Assembly: GCA_900543295.1 (NCBI GenBank)
Contig: UQQY01000001.1
Coordinates: 1 to 55,247, forward strand
Direction: 5' to 3'
Length of the DNA: 55,247 nt
Origin: an uncultured Oscillospiraceae bacterium
GTDB taxonomy: Bacteria; Bacillota; Clostridia; Oscillospirales; Ruminococcaceae
Positions 19,712 to 37,884 of this stretch are shown here, piece after piece (the stretch's first letter is position 1; every line of letters starts with the position of its first letter). The notes beneath the pieces are model-generated. The model was not told the origin of the DNA. It did not search any database and saw only the letters and a program-made list of their open reading frames with translations. The position numbers and the translations under genes were made by a program.

Positions 19712-19873
19712 TATATACTGTATCAAAATGGATTGGCATGCCCCTTTTTTAAAAGTAGTATACCACATCCACGACGGATTTGCAAGACCGATGTGTAGAA
19801 TTTTTGCAAAGCTCAGGCGGAAATTTCGGCACATCCGACAGGTCTTTAAATATACGAATGGAGTGATTAGCCT

Positions 19874-23629
<3,756 letters not shown>

Positions 23630-23657
23630 TAAACCGCTGTGAAAAGGAGTCTGAGAC

Positions 23658-27287
<3,630 letters not shown>

Positions 27288-27327
27288 GCAAAATCCGCTT
27301 AAAACCGCAATTTGTTAAAAAAGCCTA

Positions 27328-27356
27328 TTGACAAACCTGCGAAAACAGTGTTTAAT
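27328..27356 (+). promoter_or_regulatory. Sigma-A promoter of the str operon
   Basis: TTGACA-17 nt-TTTAAT. Confidence 0.65.
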
Positions 27357-27457
27357 TAGATAGGTTAAGCATTTATATCTGTAATACAGGCAGCTTGACC
27401 CTCACAGGCATCAAGCTGCCTGTGATTTTTCTCACTGAAAAAAGAAGGAGGTGCGAT

Positions 27458-27886
27458 ATGCCTACATTTAACCAGTTAGTCAGAAAGGGCAGACTTGTAA
27501 ACGAAAAGAAATCGACCGCTCCGGCTCTTCAGAAAGGTTTTAACTCCATGAAGAAACAGGCGACCGATCAGAGCGCTCCGCAGAAGCGCGGCGTTTGCAC
27601 GGTTGTCAGAACGATGACCCCGAAAAAGCCGAACTCCGCTCTGCGTAAGGTTGCCAGAGTCCGTCTGTCCAATGGTTTCGAGGTTACGGCGTACATCCCG
27701 GGCGTCGGCCACAATTTGCAGGAGCACAGCGTTGTGCTGATCCGCGGCGGCCGTATTAAAGACCTTCCGGGTGTTCGTTACCACATCATCCGCGGCACGC
27801 TCGACACACAGGGCGTCAACGGCAGAAACCAGTCCCGCTCCAAGTACGGAACAAAACGTCCGAAGGCTGGCGCGGCAAAGAAGTAA
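27458..27886 (+). CDS. rpsL: 30S ribosomal protein S12
   Basis: [38 protein letters not shown] before ATG at 27458. Confidence 0.98.
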   Translation: MPTFNQLVRKGRLVNEKKSTAPALQKGFNSMKKQATDQSAPQKRGVCTVVRTMTPKKPNSALRKVARVRLSNGFEVTAYIPGVGHNLQEHSVVLIRGGRIKDLPGVRYHIIRGTLDTQGVNGRNQSRSKYGTKRPKAGAAKK

Positions 27887-28013
27887 GATCGTTTTATATC
27901 TCTGCCCAATGGTAGCGGCATTTCTTATATAGATAGAAAGCCTCTGCGTTGGTGCAAACGGAAGCGAATCTTTCGAGTACCGATGATATCATTCTATGAA
28001 GGAGGGAAGTAAA

Positions 28014-28484
28014 GTGCCAAGAAGAGGTAAAATCGCAAAACGTGACGTTTTGCCTGATCCACTTTACAAATCTAAGCAAGTGACCCGCCTGATCAACAGC
28101 GTCATGCTGGACGGCAAAAAGGGCGTGGCACAGAAGATCGTATACGGTGCGTTTGAAATCGTAGAAGAAAAATCCGGCAAAAACGCGCTGGAGGTCTTTG
28201 AGCAGGCAATGGAAAACATTATGCCTTTGCTTGAAACCAAGGCTCGCCGCGTCGGCGGTTCAAACTATCAGGTTCCGATGGAAGTCCGTCCGGAAAGACG
28301 GCAGACCTTAGGTCTGCGCTGGCTCACCACCTATGCGCGCAGCCGCGGCGAAAGAACCATGAAAGAGCGTCTTGCAGGCGAGCTCCTCGATGCGATGAAC
28401 GGCACCGGCGGTGCGTGCAAAAAACGTGAAGACACGCACAAGATGGCAGAAGCAAACAAGGCGTTTGCTCACTACAGATTCTAA
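28014..28484 (+). CDS. rpsG: 30S ribosomal protein S7
   Basis: GTG-start PRRG..., [26 protein letters not shown]. Confidence 0.98.
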   Translation: MPRRGKIAKRDVLPDPLYKSKQVTRLINSVMLDGKKGVAQKIVYGAFEIVEEKSGKNALEVFEQAMENIMPLLETKARRVGGSNYQVPMEVRPERRQTLGLRWLTTYARSRGERTMKERLAGELLDAMNGTGGACKKREDTHKMAEANKAFAHYRF

Positions 28485-28550
28485 TCCGGTTTTCCGAAGC
28501 AAAGCAGGGGGTACGGATTTTCGGTACCCTGAAAAAACGAGGAGGTTTAT

Positions 28551-30632
28551 ATGCCAAGACAAGTATCGCTTGAGCAGACCCGTAACATCGGTATCATGGC
28601 TCATATTGATGCCGGCAAAACCACCACAACCGAGCGTATTCTGTTCTACACGGGCAGAAACCGCAAGATGGGTGAAACGCATGACGGCGCTTCCACCATG
28701 GACTGGATGGAGCAGGAGAAAGAGCGCGGTATTACGATTACGTCCGCGGCGACGACCTGTTTCTGGAAAGAGCACCGCATCAATATCATCGACACCCCCG
28801 GCCACGTTGACTTCACCGTTGAGGTTGAACGTTCGCTGCGCGTATTGGACGGCTCTGTAACCGTTTTTTGTGCAAAGGGCGGCGTCGAGCCGCAGTCTGA
28901 AACCGTTTGGCGTCAGGCTGACGAGTACCGTGTTCCGAGAATGGCTTATGTCAATAAAATGGACATCATGGGCGCTGACTTCTATAACGTCGTGGACATG
29001 ATGAAGACCCGTCTGAAATGTAATGCGGTTCCGATTCAGTTGCCGATCGGCGCGGAGGATACCTTCCGCGGCGTGATCGACCTGATTGAGATGAATGCAG
29101 ACGTTTATTATGACGAGATGGGCACCGACATGCGTGTCGAGGAAATCCCGGAAGACATGCGTGAAAAGGCGGAGGAATACCGCGCGGCAATGGTTGAGGC
29201 CGCTGCGGAGCAGGACGAAGAGCTCATGGAGAAGTATCTCGAGGAGGGCGAACTCACTCCGGAAGAGATCAAAAGAGGTCTTCGTATCGGCACACTGGCA
29301 AACGCGCTGGTTCCGGTGACCTGCGGCACGTCCTACCGCAATAAGGGCGTTCAGAAGCTGTTGGACGCTATTGTTGAATATATGCCGTCTCCGATTGATA
29401 TTCCGCATATTAAGGGAACCAATCCGGAGACCGGCGAGGATACGGAGCGTCCTTCGAGCGACGATGTGCCGTTCTCCGCACTGGCATTTAAAATTGCAAC
29501 GGATCCGTTTGTGGGCAAGCTGTGCTTCTTCCGTGTGTACTCCGGTACGCTGAACGCGGGCAGCCCGGTATTGAACTCTACAAAGGGCAAGCAGGAGCGC
29601 ATTGGCCGTATCCTGATGATGCATGCGAACTCCAGAACCGATATTGAAACCGTTTATGCAGGCGATATTGCGGCTGCGGTCGGCTTAAAGCTTACCACCA
29701 CCGGCGATACGCTCTGTGATCCGAAGAATCCGGTTATTTTGGAGTCTATGGTCTTCCCAGAGCCGGTTATTAACCTGGCGATCGAGCCGAAGACGAAGGC
29801 CGGTCAGGAAAAAATGGCAATCGGCCTTGCAAAGCTCGCGGAAGAGGATCCGACCTTCAGAACCTATACGGATGAAGAGACCGGACAGACCATCATCGCA
29901 GGCATGGGCGAGCTCCATCTGGAGATTATCGTTGACCGTCTGCTTCGTGAGTTTAAGGTTGAGGCAAATGTCGGCGCGCCGCAGGTTTCCTACAAAGAGA
30001 CGATCCGCAAGTCGGCGACAGTCGATCACAAATATGCCCGTCAGTCCGGCGGTAAAGGTCAGTATGGCCATGTTAAAATCATCGCTGAGCCGAATGAATC
30101 CGGCAAGGGCTATGAATTTATCAATAAAGTTGTCGGCGGCGCGATCCCGAAAGAATATATTCCGGCGGTTGACGCTGGTATTCAGGGCGCAATGCAGGCA
30201 GGCGTATTGGCCGGTTATCCGGTTGTCGACGTAAAAGTTACACTGTTCGACGGTTCTTACCATGAGGTCGACTCTTCAGAAATGGCCTTTAAGATCGCCG
30301 GTTCCATGGCGTTTAAAGAGGCAATGCGCAAGGCTGATCCGGTTATCCTCGAGCCGATCATGAAAGTGGTCGTTACGGTTCCGGAGGATTATATGGGCGA
30401 TATTATCGGCGACTTAAACTCCCGCCGCGGTCAGATTCAGGGTATGGAATCCCGCCCGGGCGCACAGCAGATCACTGCATTTGTTCCGCTTTCTGAGATG
30501 TTCGGCTATTCGAACGCGCTGCGCTCCAAATCGCAGGGCCGCGGCCAGTATTCAATGGAGCCGAGCCATTATATCGAGCTTCCGAAGAGCATTTCGGACA
30601 AGATTATCAGCGAGCGCGCAAAGAAAGATTGA
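28551..30632 (+). CDS. fusA: Elongation factor G
   Basis: [30 protein letters not shown]. Confidence 0.99.
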   Translation: MPRQVSLEQTRNIGIMAHIDAGKTTTTERILFYTGRNRKMGETHDGASTMDWMEQEKERGITITSAATTCFWKEHRINIIDTPGHVDFTVEVERSLRVLDGSVTVFCAKGGVEPQSETVWRQADEYRVPRMAYVNKMDIMGADFYNVVDMMKTRLKCNAVPIQLPIGAEDTFRGVIDLIEMNADVYYDEMGTDMRVEEIPEDMREKAEEYRAAMVEAAAEQDEELMEKYLEEGELTPEEIKRGLRIGTLANALVPVTCGTSYRNKGVQKLLDAIVEYMPSPIDIPHIKGTNPETGEDTERPSSDDVPFSALAFKIATDPFVGKLCFFRVYSGTLNAGSPVLNSTKGKQERIGRILMMHANSRTDIETVYAGDIAAAVGLKLTTTGDTLCDPKNPVILESMVFPEPVINLAIEPKTKAGQEKMAIGLAKLAEEDPTFRTYTDEETGQTIIAGMGELHLEIIVDRLLREFKVEANVGAPQVSYKETIRKSATVDHKYARQSGGKGQYGHVKIIAEPNESGKGYEFINKVVGGAIPKEYIPAVDAGIQGAMQAGVLAGYPVVDVKVTLFDGSYHEVDSSEMAFKIAGSMAFKEAMRKADPVILEPIMKVVVTVPEDYMGDIIGDLNSRRGQIQGMESRPGAQQITAFVPLSEMFGYSNALRSKSQGRGQYSMEPSHYIELPKSISDKIISERAKKD

Positions 30633-30774
30633 TTGGAAAAGCAGCATAACGCTGTTTTCTGAGGCTTTTTCTTGTGAAGAATAAAAAAGCACTTGAAATT
30701 TAACTCAAACGTGTTAGAATAGACATGTATCGTGTTGTGTATTTTAACCACAAATTAAAGGAGGAGAAATTCCA

Positions 30775-31974
30775 ATGGCAAAAGCTAAATTTGAACGTAA
30801 CAAGCCGCACGTTAACATCGGCACAATCGGCCACGTTGACCACGGTAAAACCACTCTGACCGCTGCAATCACCAAGGTTTTGGGCTTGCAGGGCGAAGCG
30901 GAGTTCGTTGATTACGCGAATATCGATAAAGCGCCGGAAGAGCGCGAGCGCGGTATTACAATCAACACCGCTCACGTTGAGTATCAGACGGAGAACCGTC
31001 ACTATGCACACGTTGACTGCCCGGGCCACGCCGACTATGTTAAAAACATGATCACCGGCGCTGCACAGATGGACGGTGCAATTCTCGTCGTTTCTGCTGC
31101 TGACGGCCCGATGCCGCAGACCCGTGAGCACATCCTGCTCTCCCGTCAGGTCGGCGTTCCGTATATCGTTGTCTTTATGAACAAAGCGGATCAGGTTGAC
31201 GACGAAGAGCTTCTCGATCTCGTTGAGATGGAAATCCGTGAGCTTCTTAATGAGTATGAGTTCCCGGGCGACGACACCCCGATTATCCGTGGATCTGCTT
31301 TGCAGGTTCTCGAGTCCTCTTCTACTGATCCGAATGCGCCGGAATATGCTTGCATCCACGAGCTTATGGCGGCTGTTGACGAATTCATCCCGACTCCGGA
31401 TCGTAAGGCTGACCTGCCGTTCCTGATGCCGGTTGAGGACGTTATGACCATTTCCGGTCGTGGTACGGTTGCTACCGGTCGTGTTGAGCGCGGTAAGCTG
31501 AACACCGGCGACGAGGTTGAACTCATCGGTCTCACCGAAGAGAGAAGAAAAGTCGTTGTTACTTCTATGGAGATGTTCCGCAAGACTCTCGACTACGCAG
31601 AGGCTGGCGACAACGTCGGCGCACTGCTCCGCGGCGTTCAGAGAAACGAGATCGAGCGCGGTCAGGTTCTGGCTAAACCGGGTTCCATCCATCCGATGAC
31701 CGAGTTTGAGGGCCAGGTTTACGTTCTGACCAAAGATGAGGGCGGTCGTCATACTCCGTTCTTTAACAACTATAGACCGCAGTTCTATTTCAGAACAACG
31801 GACGTTACTGGCACCATCGAGCTGGAAGGCGCTGAAATGGCTATGCCGGGCGATAACATCAACATGAAAGTCAAACTGATCACCCCGATTGCAATCGAGG
31901 AAGGTCTGCGTTTCGCTATTCGTGAGGGCGGCCGTACGGTTGGTTCTGGCGTTGTTTCCAAAGCAATCGGCTAA
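30775..31974 (+). CDS. tuf: Elongation factor Tu
   Basis: [28 protein letters not shown]; own promoter-like TTGAAA-16 nt-TAGAAT at 30693-30720. Confidence 0.99.
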   Translation: MAKAKFERNKPHVNIGTIGHVDHGKTTLTAAITKVLGLQGEAEFVDYANIDKAPEERERGITINTAHVEYQTENRHYAHVDCPGHADYVKNMITGAAQMDGAILVVSAADGPMPQTREHILLSRQVGVPYIVVFMNKADQVDDEELLDLVEMEIRELLNEYEFPGDDTPIIRGSALQVLESSSTDPNAPEYACIHELMAAVDEFIPTPDRKADLPFLMPVEDVMTISGRGTVATGRVERGKLNTGDEVELIGLTEERRKVVVTSMEMFRKTLDYAEAGDNVGALLRGVQRNEIERGQVLAKPGSIHPMTEFEGQVYVLTKDEGGRHTPFFNNYRPQFYFRTTDVTGTIELEGAEMAMPGDNINMKVKLITPIAIEEGLRFAIREGGRTVGSGVVSKAIG

Positions 31975-32003
31975 TCGTTTGCTGACGGACAAACTGTAAA
32001 TGG

Positions 32004-32038
32004 AAAGAGGGACGGTTCTTTGGAACCGTCCCTCTTTT
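32004..32038 (+). terminator. Terminator of the str/tuf operon
   Basis: AAAGAGGGACGGTTC-TTTG-GAACCGTCCCTCTTTT. Confidence 0.85.
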
Positions 32039-32102
32039 GCATATGGCGTTTATGACGTCATATGCTTTTGCAGGGATTCAACAAAAGAAGGAGAGAATTT
32101 GC

Positions 32103-32672
32103 ATGTACAGGCAGGAGCCTGCCTTTTACAAAGACGGCTTTACCATGCGTCCGGCGCGTGCAGAGGATGCGGAGGAATATTATGCGCAGAATTACTGTCC
32201 GCTTGATCCGGAGGTCGCGAGGCTGACCGGCTGCAAACCGGCGTTTGCACGCGAGGAGGTTGTGCCGTTTTTCCTCCATTGCGTCGAAGCGGAGGAGCGC
32301 CGGTTCTTTTTGCTGATCGCGCCGGACGGTACGATTGCCGGCGAAAGCGTGCTGAGTGAGATTGACAGGGAAACGCGCAGTGCGAATTTTCGGATTGGCA
32401 TCTTTTCTTCGAAGGCGCGCGGTAAGGGCATCGGGTCATGGATGATTCATGAAACACGCGACTTTGCCTTTCGGGAGCTAAAGCTTCACCGGCTGTATCT
32501 GGATGTATTTTCCTTTAACCCACGCGCGGAGCATGCTTATTTGAAAGCAGGCTTTAAACGGGAGGGCGTTCTGCGTGACGCCATCCGTGACGGTGAAAGC
32601 TACGCAGACGATATTCTGATGTCCATTCTGGAGGATGAATGGCAAGCGTTGAAGACAAAGGAAGACTCATAA
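32103..32672 (+). CDS. GNAT acetyltransferase, RimJ/RimL-like
   Basis: RGKGIG acetyl-CoA motif, LKLHRLYLDVFSFNPRA..YLKAGFKREGVLR; ATG at 32103 follows AAGGAG. Confidence 0.85.
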   Translation: MYRQEPAFYKDGFTMRPARAEDAEEYYAQNYCPLDPEVARLTGCKPAFAREEVVPFFLHCVEAEERRFFLLIAPDGTIAGESVLSEIDRETRSANFRIGIFSSKARGKGIGSWMIHETRDFAFRELKLHRLYLDVFSFNPRAEHAYLKAGFKREGVLRDAIRDGESYADDILMSILEDEWQALKTKEDS

Positions 32673-32711
32673 AAAGGAGGGAACTTCCAAAACGGCAGTT
32701 CCCTCCTTTTT
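32671..32711. terminator. Bidirectional terminator
   Basis: AAAAAGGAGGGAACT...AGTTCCCTCCTTTTT between convergent genes. Confidence 0.8.
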
Positions 32712-32740
32712 ATGAGTGTTTTTTAACGCTGCATGATACG

Positions 32741-34435
32741 TTACGCAAGTTGATGCGCGTTGAGCCATGCGGCAATCGTCTCGGTGATGCTCTTTAAGCA
32801 GCCGTTGTCCAGCGGGGAGAGCAGTCCGGCGCTGTGTACCAAATCGATAAAGGTTTTTGTGCCGCCCAGACGAACGAACGCAAGGTATCTTTCCCATGCG
32901 GCCTTTGCATCGTTTAAAAACAGTGCAAAGAATTGAAGCGCCACCGTCTGTGCAAGGCAGTAGTCAATATAATAGAACGGATTCAGGTAAATATGGAGCT
33001 GACGCTGCCAGCCCGCGCCGCGGCCATAGAAAGGCAGATTATCAAAGTCGATATACGGGCGGTATTGTTTTTCAAGGTTAGCCCATGTTTCGTTGCGCTG
33101 CGCAGGCGTCATATCCGGGTTGGAGTAGACAATCTCCTGGAAATGGTCAACCATTGTACCATAAGGGATGAACGAGAGCGCATCCTCAGCATGTGACAGC
33201 TCATATTTTGGGGTTTGCTCCTTAAAGAAAAGGCTGTGGTACGGCGAAGTCAAAAATTCCATGGACATGGAATGCGTTTCACACGCTTCAAGCGACGGAG
33301 AACGGAGGTCGGACAGCGGGATTTCCTTTGCGGCGGTATAGAATGCAAAAGCATGACCGGCTTCATGCGTCAAAACGTCCACATCGCCCGAAGTACCGTT
33401 AAAATTCGAGAAGATGAACGGACAGCCGTAAGCCGGGAAATCGGTGCAGTATCCGCCCGGCGCCTTGCCCTCCTTGGAAAGTACGTCGAACAGCTCGTTA
33501 TCGAACATGACCTTGATAAACTCAGCGGTTTCCGGCGACATTTCGGTGTACATTTTTTTGGCGGCAGCCAGAAGCTCATCCGGCGTGCCCTGCGGCGTTG
33601 CGTTGCCGTCTTTGAAGGTGAAAAGGTCATCGTAGAATTTAAAGTCGTCCGCAAGACCGACGCGCTGTGCCTGCGCCGCCTTTACCTTGTTCACCAGCGG
33701 AACCAGATCCTCTATGACCTGACGGCGGAAGTTTGCAACGCCCTCCGGCCCGTAGCAGTTGCGGCCCATGCGGATATAGCCAAGCGGAACGTAGTTTTCA
33801 AAGCCGAGCTTTTTCGCCTGTTCCGTGCGGTTTTTAACCATTTTGTCGTAGATTTCGTCCAGCTCCTCGCGGTGCGCGTCAAAGAAAGCGCCCTCCGCCT
33901 CGTAGGCGGCCTTGCGGACAGCGCGGTCCGGATTCTGCTTGTATGCGGCAAGCTGCGGAATCGTGCACTTCTTGCCGTCAAAATCGACCTGTGCGCTTGC
34001 ATAGAGCTTCTGATAAGATGCAGCCAGCTTTGACTCTTCCTGCATCAATGGAATAATTTCAGGAGAAAAGCCCTTCATCTGCAATTCCATGTTTGTAAAC
34101 CAAAGCGGCGGAATCTTTTTCTCCAGCTCCTTTCGAAACGGGGAAGCGCAGAGCTTTTTGCCAAAAGCCAAAAGCTTTTCATTCAAGAGCGGCGAGACCT
34201 CATCGAAGAACTCGCGTTCTTTCTCATAAAATTCGTCGCGCGTGTCAATCGTATTGCGAGCGTAGGCGATGGAACCGAGTGTTCCGACCTCGACGGTGAT
34301 TTTGTCGAGCTCCAAATAGCAGGCGAATTGCTCGTCAGCGGATTTGGCGGCATCAAGCTTTTCGCAGAGTGCGTCGATGGACGCAAGGACGGCTTTTTCA
34401 TCCGGACGGGTATAAGGCATTTCGGAAAATTTCAA
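32741..34435 (-). CDS. M3-family oligoendopeptidase
   Basis: HEAGH zinc motif, ETHSMSME, PFYYIDY; TTG start. Confidence 0.92.
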   Translation of the reverse strand: MKFSEMPYTRPDEKAVLASIDALCEKLDAAKSADEQFACYLELDKITVEVGTLGSIAYARNTIDTRDEFYEKEREFFDEVSPLLNEKLLAFGKKLCASPFRKELEKKIPPLWFTNMELQMKGFSPEIIPLMQEESKLAASYQKLYASAQVDFDGKKCTIPQLAAYKQNPDRAVRKAAYEAEGAFFDAHREELDEIYDKMVKNRTEQAKKLGFENYVPLGYIRMGRNCYGPEGVANFRRQVIEDLVPLVNKVKAAQAQRVGLADDFKFYDDLFTFKDGNATPQGTPDELLAAAKKMYTEMSPETAEFIKVMFDNELFDVLSKEGKAPGGYCTDFPAYGCPFIFSNFNGTSGDVDVLTHEAGHAFAFYTAAKEIPLSDLRSPSLEACETHSMSMEFLTSPYHSLFFKEQTPKYELSHAEDALSFIPYGTMVDHFQEIVYSNPDMTPAQRNETWANLEKQYRPYIDFDNLPFYGRGAGWQRQLHIYLNPFYYIDYCLAQTVALQFFALFLNDAKAAWERYLAFVRLGGTKTFIDLVHSAGLLSPLDNGCLKSITETIAAWLNAHQLA

Positions 34436-34683
34436 TTGGGAAGACCTCTCTTTCGTATTTCTGTAAACTATACGGATTTATGATCCGTCATTTCTATCTA
34501 TCATACTACAGCAGGAGAATGAAGTCAAATTTCATTCTATAATTTGAAAGAAATACACCTCAACCTGTCTAAAAATTAAAAATTTTTACACACTAATTTT
34601 ATAAGGTTGCATGAACTTTCAAGAAATTATTCATTTTCCAATAAAAAAACGCGGTTTTTTTCTGATTTTTGAACAGAGACGGA

Positions 34684-34712
34684 TTGATTTTTTGAATTTT
34701 TTATTATATAAT
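34684..34712 (+). promoter_or_regulatory. Sigma-A-type promoter of the opp operon
   Basis: TTGATT-17 nt-TATAAT. Confidence 0.55.
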
Positions 34713-34743
34713 AAGGCAAATACCTACAGGAGGGATTTTAATA

Positions 34744-36591
34744 ATGAAAAAAGTACTGGCTCTCATGCTTGCGCTTGCAATGGTTTTTGCTTTTGCAGCA
34801 TGCGGCGGCAAAACTGCTACACAGCACGAAGTCGGCGGTCAGGTTGTTGTCGGTTCTACTACGGACCTAGACGCTAACATGCTTGACGGCTGGACGAATG
34901 GTGCGCAGAATGCCTCCATCCGTACTCTGATCTTCGGTGGTGCTCCGATCGCCTACACTAAAGAAGGCGAATTCGCGGTTGACGAATTTGTTGCAAAATC
35001 CGTTGAATCCGAAGAGAACGAAGACGGTACCAAAACATTCACCATCAAACTCCGCGACGATTTGAAATGGAACGATGAGGAAAAGACCGCGATTACCGCG
35101 AAAGACTATGTCTTCTCCATTCTGTTCCACACTTCTCCGGAATACTACGCACTGGATGCTGAGGACGTATCTACATACGGTAACTGCTATGTTGGATATG
35201 CTGAGTTCCACGACGGCACAACCAAGACCTTCAAGGGCGTTCGTCTGATCGACGACCACACCTTCTCCGTCACGATTACTGCTGAGGAGCTTCCGTTCCA
35301 CTACGACATTGCGTATGCTTCTGTTACTCCGCTCCCGATGCATGTCATCGCTCCGGACGTAACCATTACCGACAGCGAAGACGGCGTTACCATTTCTGAT
35401 AACTATACCACTGAGCTGCTGGAGACAACCGTTAACGCAAACGACGGCTATCGTTATCTGCCGAAAGTAACCTACGGTCCGTATCAGCTCGACAGCTATG
35501 ACGATTCCACCAAGCAGGCTGTTCTGGTTATCAACGATAGCTATCTTGGCACATACGATGGCGTAAAACCGTCTATCGCAAAACTCATCCTGAAATCTGT
35601 CACCACAGAGACTGAGATGGACGAGCTTGCAGCAGGCACTGTTGATTTGATCGGCGGCGTTTCCGGCGGCGATTCCATCAACGCTGGTCTTGATGTCTGC
35701 GACGAAGGCAAAGCAGAGTACGCTTCTTATGATCGTGCCGGCTACGGCAAGATCGCATTCTCCTGCGACGTAGGCCCGACTCAGTTTGCGGCTGTTCGTC
35801 AGGCGATTGCTTACTGCCTCGACCGTGACGAGTTCGCTAAACAGTACTCCGGCGGCTATGCAAAAGTTGTAAACGGTATGTACGGCCTGTCCACTCCGGA
35901 ATACAAGAAGAACAAGGACACGATGGACAAAGAGCTCAACAACTACTCCAAGGATCTTGAGAAGGCAAAACAGCTTCTGATTGACGATGGCTGGACGCTC
36001 AACAAGGACGGCAATGAGTTTGTTGAAGGCACAGACGACGTTCGTTATAAGAATGTTGACGGCGAGCTGATGGCTTGTGAAATCAACTGGGCGAACACCC
36101 CGAACAACCCGGTTTCCGACCTGCTGAACACAATGCTCCCGGGCGAAATGGCGAAGATTGGCATGAAGCTGAACCCGACCACCGTTGAGTTTGGCGTTCT
36201 GCTGAACGAGCTGTACCGCATCGGCATCGACGAGCCGACTTACAACATGTTCAACCTCGCAACTGGCTTTGTTCCGATTTCTTCTCTCTGGTATGAGTAC
36301 TCGAACGATCCGGCTTACATGGGCACATGGAACACCAACTTCATCGACGATGAAGAGCTGGCTACCATCGCTGCAAACATGAAGAAGATTCCGTACGAGA
36401 ACAAAGAAGAGTGGGAAGAGGCTTGGGTCAACTTCCAGAAACGCTGGAACGAGCTGCTTCCGGATATTCCGCTGTACTCTGATGAGTATCACGACTTCTA
36501 CTCCACGAAGATCAAAGGCTATGAGCCGGATTCTCTGTGGCAGTGGGAGAGCGCAATTGTTTACTCTTACATCGAGAAAGCGGATCAGTAA
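34744..36591 (+). CDS. oppA: Oligopeptide ABC transporter substrate-binding lipoprotein (family 5)
   Basis: Lipobox FAAC; LKWND..ITAKDY, VRQAIAY, ELLPDIPLY motifs; heads the opp cluster. Confidence 0.85.
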   Translation: MKKVLALMLALAMVFAFAACGGKTATQHEVGGQVVVGSTTDLDANMLDGWTNGAQNASIRTLIFGGAPIAYTKEGEFAVDEFVAKSVESEENEDGTKTFTIKLRDDLKWNDEEKTAITAKDYVFSILFHTSPEYYALDAEDVSTYGNCYVGYAEFHDGTTKTFKGVRLIDDHTFSVTITAEELPFHYDIAYASVTPLPMHVIAPDVTITDSEDGVTISDNYTTELLETTVNANDGYRYLPKVTYGPYQLDSYDDSTKQAVLVINDSYLGTYDGVKPSIAKLILKSVTTETEMDELAAGTVDLIGGVSGGDSINAGLDVCDEGKAEYASYDRAGYGKIAFSCDVGPTQFAAVRQAIAYCLDRDEFAKQYSGGYAKVVNGMYGLSTPEYKKNKDTMDKELNNYSKDLEKAKQLLIDDGWTLNKDGNEFVEGTDDVRYKNVDGELMACEINWANTPNNPVSDLLNTMLPGEMAKIGMKLNPTTVEFGVLLNELYRIGIDEPTYNMFNLATGFVPISSLWYEYSNDPAYMGTWNTNFIDDEELATIAANMKKIPYENKEEWEEAWVNFQKRWNELLPDIPLYSDEYHDFYSTKIKGYEPDSLWQWESAIVYSYIEKADQ

Positions 36592-36881
36592 TTCCTCTTT
36601 AAACGAAAGTCATTCCATTTATGGAATGATGCTATAACGTACCAACAAGAAATAGGGCATGAACAATGCCCTATTTCTTGTATAGGTACGATTTTAGCTT
36701 GTGTTCCCCGAAACAGGGAACGCATTTATGCACTCCGGCGCATACGGGAGTGTATAAATCTATTCCCTGTCATCGGATGCAGGAGCTTTTAAGAGGCAGA
36801 TCGCGCCGTGTCCGAGCAGCGGTTTTTGCCGTATCAAAATGTTTTCCATTCCGCTGGATGGAAAAACGGAAAGGTGATTGT

Positions 36882-37868
36882 ATGGTCAAATACATTTTGA
36901 AACGTCTGTTGTACCTTGTATTTGTCTTTTTCATCGTATCGATCATTATGTTCGGTATTTACAAATGTGTTCCGGGCGATCCGGCACGCATGATGATTGA
37001 CTCAAGCAAGCAGACGGTTGATCCAGAGCGCTATGAACAAATGTATCAGGCTGCGCGCGAGCGTTTGGGCCTGAACGAATCGGTTCCGGTGCAGTATGTA
37101 AAGTGGATAGGCAATATGCTTACCGGCGATTTCGGATTTTCCTCGCAGTATCGCCGGCCGGTCGCGGATATTGTTGCGGCGCCGATCGGCAATACGGTTA
37201 TGCTGAATATTGCGTCCATGATTCTGGTTTTCCTGATTACCATACCTTTAGGCATTATAACGGCTGTGAAAAAGGGCAGTATATTGGACAATACCGTTCA
37301 GGTCGGAACCGTTATCGGCTATTCGCTGCCAAGCTTCGTTATTGCGCTAATTTTTATCTTCCTGTTTACAAAAGTGCTGCCAATCTTTCCGATTTCCGGC
37401 ATGAATACTGCGGGCATGACGGGAAGCGGCTTTGAGATGTTTATGGACAAGATGTACCATATGGCGCTGCCGTGTCTGGTTATGACGTTTGCCTCTCTTG
37501 GCGGCATTACGCGTTATGTGCGTGCGGCAATGATCGACGTGCTGCGTGAAGACTATATCCGCACGGCGCGTGCGAAGGGCCTTCGCGAAAAGGTTGTCAT
37601 CTATTCTCATGCGTTCCGCAACGCTTTGATCCCAATTGTTACGATTCTGACCGGTTGGGTTGTAAGCGTTTTTGCCGGATCGGTTGTTATTGAGACCATT
37701 TTCCTGTGGAACGGCATCGGCAAGGTGCTCTATGACGCGCTGATGCAGCGCGACTTTATGGTAGTGCTTGCAATGCAGATGTTCTACGTTGTTTTGACGC
37801 TGGCAGGCAACCTGCTGATGGACCTTGCATACATGGTGGTCGATCCGCGCGTCAAGCTGAATTCTTAA
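36882..37868 (+). CDS. oppB: Oligopeptide ABC transporter permease
   Basis: MVKYILKRLL start after AAAGGTGA, PGDPA, GDFGFS, EDYIRTARAKGL, HAFRNAL. Confidence 0.9.
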   Translation: MVKYILKRLLYLVFVFFIVSIIMFGIYKCVPGDPARMMIDSSKQTVDPERYEQMYQAARERLGLNESVPVQYVKWIGNMLTGDFGFSSQYRRPVADIVAAPIGNTVMLNIASMILVFLITIPLGIITAVKKGSILDNTVQVGTVIGYSLPSFVIALIFIFLFTKVLPIFPISGMNTAGMTGSGFEMFMDKMYHMALPCLVMTFASLGGITRYVRAAMIDVLREDYIRTARAKGLREKVVIYSHAFRNALIPIVTILTGWVVSVFAGSVVIETIFLWNGIGKVLYDALMQRDFMVVLAMQMFYVVLTLAGNLLMDLAYMVVDPRVKLNS

Positions 37869-37884
37869 GGCAGGAGGAGAGACG

